Both the position numbers and the translations under genes were made by a program. This document shows positions 1 through 10,219 of a DNA stretch of 64,000 bases, piece after piece. This stretch comes from Octopus vulgaris. Its lineage: Eukaryota. The notes below the pieces were generated by a model. That model was not told where the DNA came from. It saw only the letters and a program-made list of their open reading frames with translations, and did not search any database. The stretch is from assembly GCA_951406725.2 (NCBI GenBank), contig OX597833.1, positions 72,292,001-72,356,000 of the forward strand. The letters run 5' to 3'. The stretch's first letter is position 1, and every line of letters starts with the position of its first letter.

Positions 1-724
1 GCAGACAGACGGACAGGCAGACGGGCAGGAAAAAAAGAAAGAAAGAAAGAAAGGAGATTCTGGGGGAGAAGAAAGAGGTGAATAAAGAACAGTGAGAGGG
101 GGGGGGAACTGGAGTAGGTAGCAGTGAGAGGAGACAATAGCGTCCCTGAAAGCAGGGAGGAGAAAGGGAGAGAAAAAAAATATAGGAGAAAGGATATGGA
201 AGAAGGGAAAGAAAGAAGAGAAGCAGGAGGCAGAAAGATGTAGCGAAGGAGGAGGAAGGGGACAAAGAGAGAAGAAGGGGAAAAATAGCCGTGTTGTTGT
301 TGATGAAGGTTTCTCCTTAACCGAACGTTGTCTCACGTTTATTGGCGTCGTTGGCAGGTGGTCGGATGACAACGACGCCCACCTCTCTCTCTATCTATTT
401 CCTTTCTCCTCCACCACCACAACCTCTACATACACCTATTTCTCTTTAGGCATCTCTCTCTCTCTCTCTCCTTCTCTTTATATATAGACGTGTGGTGGTG
501 GTGCTGTGTGTGTGTGTGTGTACATACACACGCATGTATGTCTAAGTGTACAATCACGCACCTTTCAATCTACAGCAAATCATATTTCTCTTTCCTGTCT
601 TAAATGTGGTTTTTTTTTTTTGTCTCCTTTTTGTTTCCGAAATTCATTTGTCTCTTTTTTCTCTTTACTTTCTTTGATATCTCTCACCCCCCCCCGGTGT
701 GGCTGTGGCTGTGGGTGGGTGTGT

Positions 725-1104
725 TCTTTTATCCTTTTATTTGTTTCAGTCATTTGACTGCGGCCATGCCGGAGTACCGCCTTTAGTCGAACAAATCGAC
801 CGCAGGACTTATTCTTTGTAAGCCTAGGATTTATTCTACCGGTTCTTTTACCGAACCGCTAAGTTACGTTGATGTAAACAAACTAACATCGGTTGTCAAG
901 CGATGATGGGTAGACAAACACCGACATACAAATACACACACACACACACATATGACGGGCTTCTTTCAGTTTCCGTCGAACAAATCCACTCACAAAGCTT
1001 TCGTTGACCCGCAGCTATAGTAGAAGACACTTGTCCAAGGTGCTACGCAGTGGGACTGAACCCAGAACCATGTGGTTCATAAGCAAGCTACTTACCACAC
1101 AGCC
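725..1104 (-). mobile_element. tRNA-derived SINE, family A (near full length)
   Basis: The minus strand reads ggctgtgtggtaagtagcttg (A-box-like), ggttcagtccc (B-box-like) and cttggacaagtgtcttctactatagc, then an internal (TG)n and the 3' end gcagtcaaatgactgaaacaa. Homologous copies are at 3779, 6624, 46950 and 62654. Confidence 0.88.
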
Positions 1105-1131
1105 TATCTATCTATCTATCTATCTATCTAT

Positions 1132-1168
<37 letters not shown>

Positions 1169-1171
<3 letters not shown>

Positions 1172-1291
1172 CAGGAGTGGCTGTGTGGTAATTTGCTTAT
1201 CAACCACATGGTCCTGGGTTCAGTCCTACTGCATGGCACTTTGGGCAAGTGTCTTCTACTATAGCCTCAAGCCGACCAAAGCCTTGTGAGT
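1169..1291 (+). mobile_element. SINE family A 5' head, exact inverted copy of 4061-4183
   Basis: The sequence cagcaggagtggctgtgtggtaatttgcttatc...gccttgtgagt is identical by eye to the reverse complement of 4061-4183. Confidence 0.88.
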
Positions 1292-1385
1292 ATATATGTG
1301 CTGTATATATATATATATATATATATATATCATCCAAATCAAATTTTGTTATCTTACCGTTTTTACCAATATATATATATATATA

Positions 1386-1560
1386 TAAAGGGAAAGTTTA
1401 TGAAAATAAACAAACGACGAAGGCAGGTGGAGTACAAACAAACAAATGTATTAGTATGGCGCTCAGGAATAGAAAAAGTCTTTTATGTTTCGAGCCTACG
1501 CTCTTCGACAGAAAAAAACATGGAGAGAAAAAAATGCGTGTAGGAGCTAACGATCTATCA
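1386..1560 (-). mobile_element. Penelope-like/retrozyme-like terminal repeat fragment with degenerate hammerhead motif
   Basis: The minus strand reads ttt-CTGTCGA-a-GAGC-gtag-GCTC-GAAA-ca-TA-aaag. Downstream ttcctgagcg...ttgtac resembles 7050-7245, and the unit ends in (TA)n. Confidence 0.5.
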
Positions 1561-1569
1561 TATGTGTGT

Positions 1570-1822
1570 GGAGGCACGAGGCTTAGTGGTTACAGTGTCA
1601 GCACCATGATCGTAAGATTGTGGTTTCGATTCCTGGACTGGGCGACGTGTTGTGTTGTTGAGCAAAACACTTCATTTCATGTTGCTCCAGTCCACTCAGC
1701 TGGCAAAAATGAGTAACGGTGCGATGGACTGGTGTCCCATCCAGCTGGGGAACACATACGCCATAGAAACCGGGAAACTGGGCCCATGAGTCTGGCTAGG
1801 CTTTAAAAGGGTGCATTTATTT
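1570..1822 (+). mobile_element. tRNA-derived SINE with CORE-like central domain (family D)
   Basis: A box ggcttagtggttac and B box gtttcgattcc are followed by CORE-like tgtgttgttgagcaaaacactt, then gcgatggactggtgtcccatccag and a short (ttta) tail. Confidence 0.75.
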
Positions 1823-1824
1823 AT

Positions 1825-1873
<49 letters not shown>

Positions 1874-1949
1874 ATAATAATATTAGGGAGTAAATCCAAA
1901 CTTACAGGGAAAATTTAGATTTAGGATTAAATCAAATTTCACAGTATAA

Positions 1950-2999
1950 ATATAAATTAAATTAAAGATAAAACCACTATTAGGCAAATCAAACAGTGAA
2001 AAACATAAACCAAAACATAAAAATAAATATAATTAATATAATATACAAAATATATAAAATATAAAATTTTAAATTAAATTATTTAGATTTAAAATTTTAT
2101 AATTTATATTTATAAATTTTTATATTTTTTTAAAATTTATAAATTTTTTAACTTTTAATTTTTTAATATTTACATTTATTTATTTATAACTATCAAAAAG
2201 GTATTAAAAAGTTTAATATAATATAATAAGTAAAACCACTATGTACGTTTCATGGCCATAACCCAATTCGAATTACAATAATTTAAATTCAATTAAAAAT
2301 TTGAATTATAATCATAGTCAATCTTCAGGTTAAAGATAATAGTTAAATAAATAAGCAAATATATTTAAACAATATTTTTTAAGAAATAAATAAAATAATA
2401 ATTTTTCTTATAATAAACTCTATTATCTATTACCTTAAAAATTAATATTTAACATTATAATTTGATTGTGTGACATAATCGTAATCGTTAAAGTTTCTAA
2501 TTTGATAATAGAGTTTTTTATAAGAAAAATTATTATTTTATTTATTTCTTAAAAAAATATTGTTTAAATATATTTGCTTATTTATTTAACTATTATCTTT
2601 AACCTGAAGATTGACTATGATTATAATTTAAATTATTGTAATTCGAATTGGGTTATGGCCATGAAACGTACATAGTGGTTTTACTTATTATATTAGATTA
2701 AACTTTTTAATACCTTTTTGATAGTTATATAAAAAATATATAAATAAATAAATAAATATAAATATTAAAATATTTAAAAGTTTAAAAATTTATAAATTTA
2801 AAATTTTAAAAAATATTAAAAAATATAAAAATTTATAAATATAAATTAAAAACTTTTAAATTTAAATAATTTAATTTTAAATTTTATATTTTATATATTT
2901 TGTATATTATATTAATTATATTTTATTTTTATGTTTTGGTTTATGTTTTTCACTGTTTGATTTGCCTAATAGTGGTTTTATCTCTAATTTAATTTATAT
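1950..2999. repeat. ~1 kb imperfect AT-rich palindrome (arms 1950-2427 and 2504-2999, 76-nt spacer)
   Basis: aaaccactattaggcaaatcaaacagtg (1971) pairs with cactgtttgatttgcctaatagtggttt (2951), and gtacgtttcatggccataacccaattcg (2243) pairs with cgaattgggttatggccatgaaacgtac (2644). Confidence 0.92.
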
Positions 3000-3065
3000 A
3001 TATATATATATATATATATTTGTAAAAAATGAAGTTTGAATATGCTGCTATATTAGACAAATTTT

Positions 3066-3111
3066 AATTTAACATGTTTCGGTTCTTGAAATGACGAACC
3101 TTATCAAAAAC
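3066..3111 (-). ncRNA. candidate minimal type-I hammerhead ribozyme (U3-A8 core variant)
   Basis: The minus strand reads gttt-TTGATAA-GGTTC-gtcatttcaa-GAACC-GAAA-catg-TT-aaat. It has a perfect 5-bp stem II, a palindromic ACAUGU stem III and a weak stem I. Confidence 0.5.
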
Positions 3112-3182
3112 ATTTTTTTATATATAATAAAGAGAGTCCATGCTATATGTTTAAAGAGTATGATGGAACAGTTCATAATTGT

Positions 3183-3282
3183 NNNNNNNNNNNNNNNNNN
3201 NNNNNNNNNNNNNNNNNNNNNNNNNNNNNNNNNNNNNNNNNNNNNNNNNNNNNNNNNNNNNNNNNNNNNNNNNNNNNNNNNN
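3183..3282. other. assembly gap (100 N)
   Basis: This is a run of N whose two flanks carry the same 12-mer, gttcataattgt. Confidence 0.98.
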
Positions 3283-3420
3283 GTTCATAATTGTGACATA
3301 CATTCAATAGAGTCAAATATAAAAAATTCATGTTCTTGAAAAGGCGAGGAGTTCATTGTAGATTTTACCTTGTGTTCCAATGGGAGCAACAGTAATGATT
3401 TTTGGTAGGTGTCTGCTGGC

Positions 3421-3454
<34 letters not shown>

Positions 3455-3457
<3 letters not shown>

Positions 3458-3738
3458 CTAGCTTTTAAGCTACTGACTCCCAATGGGAAGATTTACAAAC
3501 AGATCTCTGATTTATTTTGAAGAATTTGTTGCAATTGCTTCCTCCAGAGTCATATCCCAATGATCATATTTGGTGCAAAAATTTCACGATTACGGGTCCA
3601 GATTCAGCCCAGAATCTTTTTAATTTACTCACAGATGTCAGCCTGATTCCAAAATGGTATGATATGTTAGGCTATGGCCTCTAGGAGTAAAGTTGAGAAA
3701 GTGTGACACACTGACATTTGCATTTAATATATTAGATA
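3455..3738 (+). mobile_element. putative non-autonomous Helitron-like element
   Basis: It starts with atactagc after a (TA)n run, contains an aaatttca motif and ends ttgcatttaatatattagat. These termini resemble invertebrate Helitron-type non-autonomous repeats, and there is only one copy here. Confidence 0.35.
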
Positions 3739-3778
3739 TATTATACATAAATATATGTATATATATATGTATATATAT

Positions 3779-3980
3779 CTTCTTTTATTTGTTTCAGTCA
3801 TGTTGACTGTGGCCATGCTGGAGCACTGCCTTTAATCGAGCAAATCAACCCTAGGACTTATTCTTTGTAAGCCTAATACTTATTTTATTGGTCTCTTTTG
3901 CCAAACTGCTAAGTTACAAGGGCATAAACACACCAACATCGGTTTTCAAGTGATGGTGGGGGTACAAACACAGACAACAA

Positions 3981-4026
<46 letters not shown>

Positions 4027-4181
4027 GACGGGCTTCTTTCAGTTTCCGTCTACCAAATCCACTCACAAGGCTTTGGTCGGCTTGAGGCTATAGTAGAAGA
4101 CACTTGCCCAAAGTGCCATGCAGTAGGACTGAACCCAGGACCATGTGGTTGATAAGCAAATTACCACACAGCCACTCCTGC

Positions 4182-4183
<2 letters not shown>
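3779..4183 (-). mobile_element. tRNA-derived SINE, family A (full length)
   Basis: It has the same architecture as 725-1104, including the 5' gcaggagtggctgtgtggtaa and the 3' gactgaaacaaataaaaga. Confidence 0.9.
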
Positions 4184-4230
<47 letters not shown>

Positions 4231-4311
4231 TCCAAATAAACTGTTTTGATCTATACATGTAACTCCCAATAAATGTGCTGAGTGCCCTTTCTTTTATTTG
4301 TCCACTCACTG

Positions 4312-4530
<219 letters not shown>

Positions 4531-5483
4531 AGTAAAGACAATCACCACATCAAAGTGGCTGTTCCATGTTACTATTAGTTTGATCCCGGGCAAATCTTCT
4601 GCCAGTGGGTTATTGGTGTGATGCTGCACCTTTTATATTCAATAAATATTGCTGGCAGGGGGCGCAAACCCCTACCATCCCCTAGCAGACAACGAGACTG
4701 ACTCAGTTTCAAATTGGTTGGCTCATCCTCAGTCGCGAGCACTTTTGTCGCCAGGGCAATAGCCAGGGTCTGCTCCAGCCAGCAAATATATTGTGAACAA
4801 AGCAACCATCGGTCACTGATTTGCAACAAGCAAAATTGCTCAACAAGAGATCAGAGTTACTACTCTGATCTCTTCTTGAGATTTTACAATGAGCAATTTT
4901 GCTTATATATATATGTATGTATATAGACACACACATGCACACACACACACATGTATATATATGTGTGTGCATGTGAGACAGGGAGCTGATAGAATCATTT
5001 GGATGCTTTGTGACATTTCTTGTCTTTACAATTTGGGGTCGATTTTAGCCTTTCATAGTTTTGTGGTTGATCAAGTGAGTAGCAGTGGAACACTGGGGTC
5101 AACATAATTAACTCTACCCACCACCATCACCCCCCAAAATCTCAAACCTAGTAGTCATAGTAAAAAGGATGTATGTGTATGGGTGTGTGTTTGCATTCAA
5201 CAGCAATCTATCCATTTCCCTAATTTTTAAAATTTACTCTGTCCTTCCCATCCCCTCTGTCAGTTCTCTCTCTCTTTCTCTCTCTCTTTCTGTATATCTC
5301 TCTATAGAACTGTCTGTTTACCAACCCTCTTTTTACACCTCTTTCTCCTTCCCTTCTCTTTCTCCCCCTCTCTATGTGTTTATTTAGCTGTCTTGACAAC
5401 CATCTCTATGTAGAATGGGATACACACATATGCATGTGTGTTCATGCGTATATATATAATATATATATATATACATACATACA

Positions 5484-5519
<36 letters not shown>

Positions 5520-6623
5520 TATTTACTCTATGTGTTTATGTATGTATGTATTTTTTTTACATGTGTATATCTATTTATGGATGTGTATATGCACACATAC
5601 TTATAGGTAGCAGAATATGCTTCAAAAGTATTTCTCTTCCCAACAGGTTGTTACCTAGGCTGTCCCTCTGCCACAAGCAAGTGGTTTCCTGCTCAAGGAA
5701 TCCAGGTAGGCCCAATGCAAAGAGAAAAATGATTTGGAGATGCAACAAATGCTTTCATGATGTTCATTCCGTTCCCAAAATGGTTGTTACTTTCATAAAT
5801 GAAGTAATGAAACATGATGAAGACATTCCAAGGAAATTACTGGTTTCTCTAACGATACCCTCATCATCGTTAGTTAAAGTTGCATCCTTTATGTTGCCAT
5901 GGATTGGACAGTTTGATGGGAACCGAATGGAAGTGACAAGCCAAAGGGCTGTGCCAGACTCCATCGGCTGCTTTGGCATGGTTTCTACAATTGGACGTTT
6001 TTCACACTTGACCGTATGTGCTGGGCACTCTTTTTGAGACACCAGCACTAACTCATGAAAGAAGGACCCTCTAAGCTGAATCGGGTTCAAGGGGTGTCTT
6101 GCTGAAGGAGTGAATTTCTGGCTTCCTCATCTTGAGAGAGAGAGAGAGAGAGAGAGAAAGGATGGGTTGGTAGGTAAGTTTCAAGAATGTGGAAAGTGTG
6201 TGACAGCGGATTAGGGATGGGGGTTGAGGTGGATGCAGTGAATGTCAGTTTTTGGGGAGGGGGAAGAGAAGGAAGTAGGGAGGAGGAGGAGGTGAAAAAG
6301 AACAGTAATAAGGATACAAAGTGTAGGGAGATAAATATTGTTTACAATACCTGAGTGTGGCAGGTAGAAGATTGATGGAGAGATGGTTACATGGGGTTTT
6401 GAGTTCAATCCGCTTGCGTTGCACCATAAAAATGGGTGCTCTACTAAAGCTGTGGGCCAACCAAAGCCTTGTTAGTGGATTTCATAAGTGGAAGATGGAA
6501 TCTGAAAGAAACCCAATGTGTGTGTCAATGTGTATACATAAATATATATCTATATCTTTCTATCTATCTATCTATCTATCTATATATATATATATATCCA
6601 CATAAATATATACATATATATAC

Positions 6624-6991
6624 TCTTTTACTCTTTTACTTGTTTCAGTCATTTGACTGCGGCCATGCTGGAGCACCGCCTTTAGTCGAGCAAATTGACC
6701 CCAGGACTTATTCTTTGTAAGCCCAGTACTTATTCTATCGGTCTCTTTTGTCGAACCGCTAAGTGGCGGGGACGTAAACACACCAGCATCGGTTGTCAAG
6801 CAATGCTAGGGAGACAAACACATACACACACATATATATACGACAGGCTTCTTTCAGTTTCCGTCTACCAAATCCACTCACAAGGCTTTGGTCGGCCCGG
6901 GGCTATAGCAGAAGACACTTGCCCAAGATGCCACGCAGTGGGACTGAACCCGGAAAATTATGGTTGGTTAGCAAGCTACTTACAACACAGC

Positions 6992-6994
<3 letters not shown>
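6624..6994 (-). mobile_element. tRNA-derived SINE, family A (full length, CpGs well retained)
   Basis: tgtttcagtcatttgactgcggccatgctggagcaccgcc...gcagtgggactgaacccgg...cacagcc. A degenerate + strand head of the same family lies at ~6355-6515. Confidence 0.9.
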
Positions 6995-7046
<52 letters not shown>

Positions 7047-7049
7047 GTA

Positions 7050-7245
7050 ACTGCGTGTGAGTTGTTGGCAATTTTCTTCCCCCGTCTTTCCTTCCTTTGG
7101 ACTTCCTTTGATTTCTGAAGAAGAGCTTGGCTCAAAATGTTAAATCGTCTTTCCTTCCTTTCCTGAGTGTCTGATAAGACAGTTCTTGTACCACGTCCTC
7201 ACATTATTGCTTTTCCTTGTTTGTTCTACTTTGTTTGGATTCACT
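7050..7245 (+). mobile_element. Penelope-like/retrozyme-like terminal repeat fragment with CpG-decayed hammerhead (7110-7146)
   Basis: It reads gattt-CTGAAGA-a-GAGC-ttg-GCTC-aAAA-tg-TT-aaatc. Stem I (gattt/aaatc) and stem II are perfect, and the two defects fit CpG transitions from ctcGaaaCgtt. Confidence 0.6.
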
Positions 7246-7645
7246 ATATGTATATGTATGTATATGTATATATATATGCATATATATATATATGCATATA
7301 TGGGTACAGGACATCACCAATTGTGCAAACAACATGAAATATGTAAACAAACGAGTTAAATATGTAAATAACATGAGAAAAAATGGAAAACAGGACAAAT
7401 AAACAGAGGGAAAGGACCCTTCATCAGTTGTCAGCTGTCTATCTGCTTCTCATTTCGAGCATTCAATGAGAATATGAGTCTTTAAAGACAGTTGCTCCCA
7501 TAAATTCTAAAATAGAATTAAGGATTTATGGAGGATCAAAGTTGGGAACAAAAACAAGACAGTGGAAGACATACAACAAAACTGAATGAAAACAAGCATG
7601 GAGGGTCGTTAGACCATAACAAGAATAAAAAAAATATATATATAA

Positions 7646-7684
<39 letters not shown>

Positions 7685-7686
<2 letters not shown>

Positions 7687-7910
7687 CGCCCTAGTTGCTC
7701 ATACCGTGAAGGACATCCAACACATTATTGATAGATTTGCAGCAGCAACTAGATATTTTGGTTTAACTATCAGCATAAAAAGGCCTGAAATACTCTATCA
7801 GCCACGTCCTGGTAACAATCTAGAAATCTTACCCAGTTTGCTTAAAAACCGTTGATGCTTCCACGTATTTAACTTCTACAATAACAACTGATGCTAAACT
7901 GGAGAAGACA
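7685..7910 (+). pseudogene. RTE-clade LINE reverse transcriptase fragment
   Basis: It translates SALVAHTVKDIQHIIDRFAAATRYFGLTISIKRPEILYQPRPG...KTVDASTYLTSTITTDAKLEK, typical of the region just after the YADD motif in RTE RTs. Confidence 0.75.
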
Positions 7911-7994
7911 TGACAAGCTAAGTAAAATCATGGTTGCCCTTGCATACAGGCATGTCCCCTAAAACCCTCTTTCAGCTGAGTGATCCTTAGGTTG

Positions 7995-8280
7995 CAGGCC
8001 CGTGAGTGCTGGTGCCACATAAAAAGTACTCATACCAGTACCATGTAAAATCTCCTGTGATGGTGCCACGTAGAGGCACCCATAATAGTGCCATGTAAAA
8101 GCACGCCAGCCGGTGCCTCATAAAAAGTCCACTCTGTGAAGTAGTTTGCATTAGGAAGGGCATCCAGCTGTATAAACCATGCCAGAACAGACAACTGGAG
8201 CTCTGGGCTGCCAGCTCCTGTCAAACCATCCAACCCATGCCAGCATGGAAAGTGAACATTAACAAACGATGAGGATGTGG
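7995..8280 (+). mobile_element. family B short repeat (RTE-tail-associated)
   Basis: It has repeated ggtgccacgtaaaaagcac-type subunits, then ttaggaagggcatccagctg and ccaacccatgccagcatggaa, and a degenerate (gat)n tail. Confidence 0.8.
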
Positions 8281-8701
8281 CAGAATCCATTGCTGCTCAA
8301 AATGCTTTGCAACATTTCTTCTAGCTTTACATTCTAAGTTCAAATTATGCTGAGGCCAGTTTTATTGTTTGTCCTTTCAGGGTCAATAAAATAAGGACCA
8401 GTTGGACCCTGGGGATCAATATAATTGACTAGCCCCCTCTCCCAAAATTTCAAACCATACTGGGGTTGGTGTGTTTAATGTCCCTGTAACTTAGTGGTTC
8501 AGCAAAAGAGACTGATAGAATAAGTACTACTAGGCTTAAAAAAAATAAGTCCTGCAGTCAATTTGTTCAATTAAAACCATTCAGTACTCCAGCATGGCCG
8601 CACTCAAATGACTAAAACAAGTAAAAGAATTTAAGAATATATATGTATGTTGTGTGTATGTGTGTGTATATGTGAATGTGTGTGTACGTATGTGAATGTG
8701 A

Positions 8702-8773
<72 letters not shown>

Positions 8774-9419
8774 AGATAATTGTTCATTTGAAACTACTTC
8801 ACTCTCATACCCTCTTCTTCCTTCAGACTACTTCCTTCTTTAATCCTTTTTTCCTTTCCTAATCCCTGCTGGACTATGGATTATTGAGTGGAGCGAGTGG
8901 CGAGTGGCGAGAGCAGCGTTGTGCTGCCTTGCTTGCTGGCTGGTGTCACTGGGCAGATCACTGGTCTCTAGCAGCAACACAATTCATTAAGCTTTGTCTG
9001 CAGTCGCAATGAGAATTCTTCACAAGGATATTTATTCTCTCCTGTCTACATACCACTTCTCTGGGCACAGTGAAAACAAAAAGTAAAAAGAAAGCTGGGC
9101 TCTGAGTTATGTCCTACTTTTTGTTTTTCTTTCCCTGCCACCACCCCCATGTGTATTTGATCCATTGACATGGCAGTTGCCAGTTCTGGCTATCGACCAT
9201 TCACTTACCGACATGTTTATTCTCCATTTATCTAATCATTTTTATTGGATATACAATTAGATCTGGCTCAACTGACATTGTTTTCACGAACAGATTGTGA
9301 TATTTGTGCCTGGCTTTGGACATTTTCTTTGCTTGAGGCTAAGGAAAATTTCCTAGCTGTGTTTTGATTATATCCATTCTGAGGGATTTTTTTTGTTTTT
9401 AATATTTTTAATGGTGTCG

Positions 9420-9650
9420 GATGGCGAGCTGGCAGAATCGGTAGCATGCTGGGCAAAATGCTTAGTGGTATTTCATCTAGCATTACGTTCTGAGTTCAAA
9501 CTCTGCCAAAGTCGACTTTGCCTTTCATCCTTTTGGGGTCAATTAAATAAGTACCAGTTACACACTGGGGTCAATGTAATCGACTGAAACCCTTTGTCTG
9601 TCCTTGTTTGTCCCCTCTATTTTTAGCCCTCTGTGGGCAATAAAGAAATA
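9420..9650 (+). mobile_element. tRNA-derived SINE, family C
   Basis: ggcgagctggcagaatcggtagc (A box) and gagttcaaa (B box) precede gcctttcatccttttggggtcaattaaataagtaccag. Confidence 0.82.
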
Positions 9651-9673
9651 AATATTTTTAATGGTGTTGTTGA

Positions 9674-9890
9674 AAGGCAGTGAGCTGGCAGAATCGTTAG
9701 CATGCTGGACAAAATGCTTAGCGCATTTCTCCCGTCACTACGTTTTGAGTTCAAATTCCACTGAGGTCAGCTTTGCCTTTCATCCTTTTGGGGTTGATAA
9801 ATTAAGTACCAGTGAAACATTGGGGTCGATGTAATCAATTTAATCCCTTCCCCCAAATTTGAGGCCTTGTGCTTCAAGTAGAAAGGATTA
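9674..9890 (+). mobile_element. tRNA-derived SINE, family C (second adjacent copy)
   Basis: It has the same head and gcctttcatcctttt core as 9420-9650 but a different 3' end. Confidence 0.82.
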
Positions 9891-10219
9891 ATAGTGTTGT
9901 TGTTTAACCCCAGGTCAGGGCTGATTGAGCAGGTCTTTGATCAATGTTATTCTGTGACCACACATTTTAAAATCTTGCATTCTTTGGGATTACATTAATC
10001 TATTTGACCTTTTTCTCCAACATGGCAGTGTATTGGCAGAATTTTTACAGCTGGATACCCTTCCTAACACCAGCCATCCAGAAGGGTGGACTTAGTGCAT
10101 TTTATGTGGTACAAGCAGAGGTGAGGTCAGTTTTGGCAAGGTTTTTACAGCTGGATGCCCTTTCACTGTGTGGGTGGGACACACAGCACTTCTAGAACTC
10201 AGTTTCACTGATGTGGGCG

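Noticed and set aside
1570-1645. tRNA-like sequences here and at the heads of SINE families A and C
   Set aside because: They are Pol III A/B-box SINE heads continuous with SINE bodies and do not form a complete cloverleaf.
5438-6090. Overlapping 199-aa and 108-aa ORFs
   Set aside because: They are built from microsatellite plus a degenerate minus-strand family B repeat (~5860-6040) and show no protein motif.
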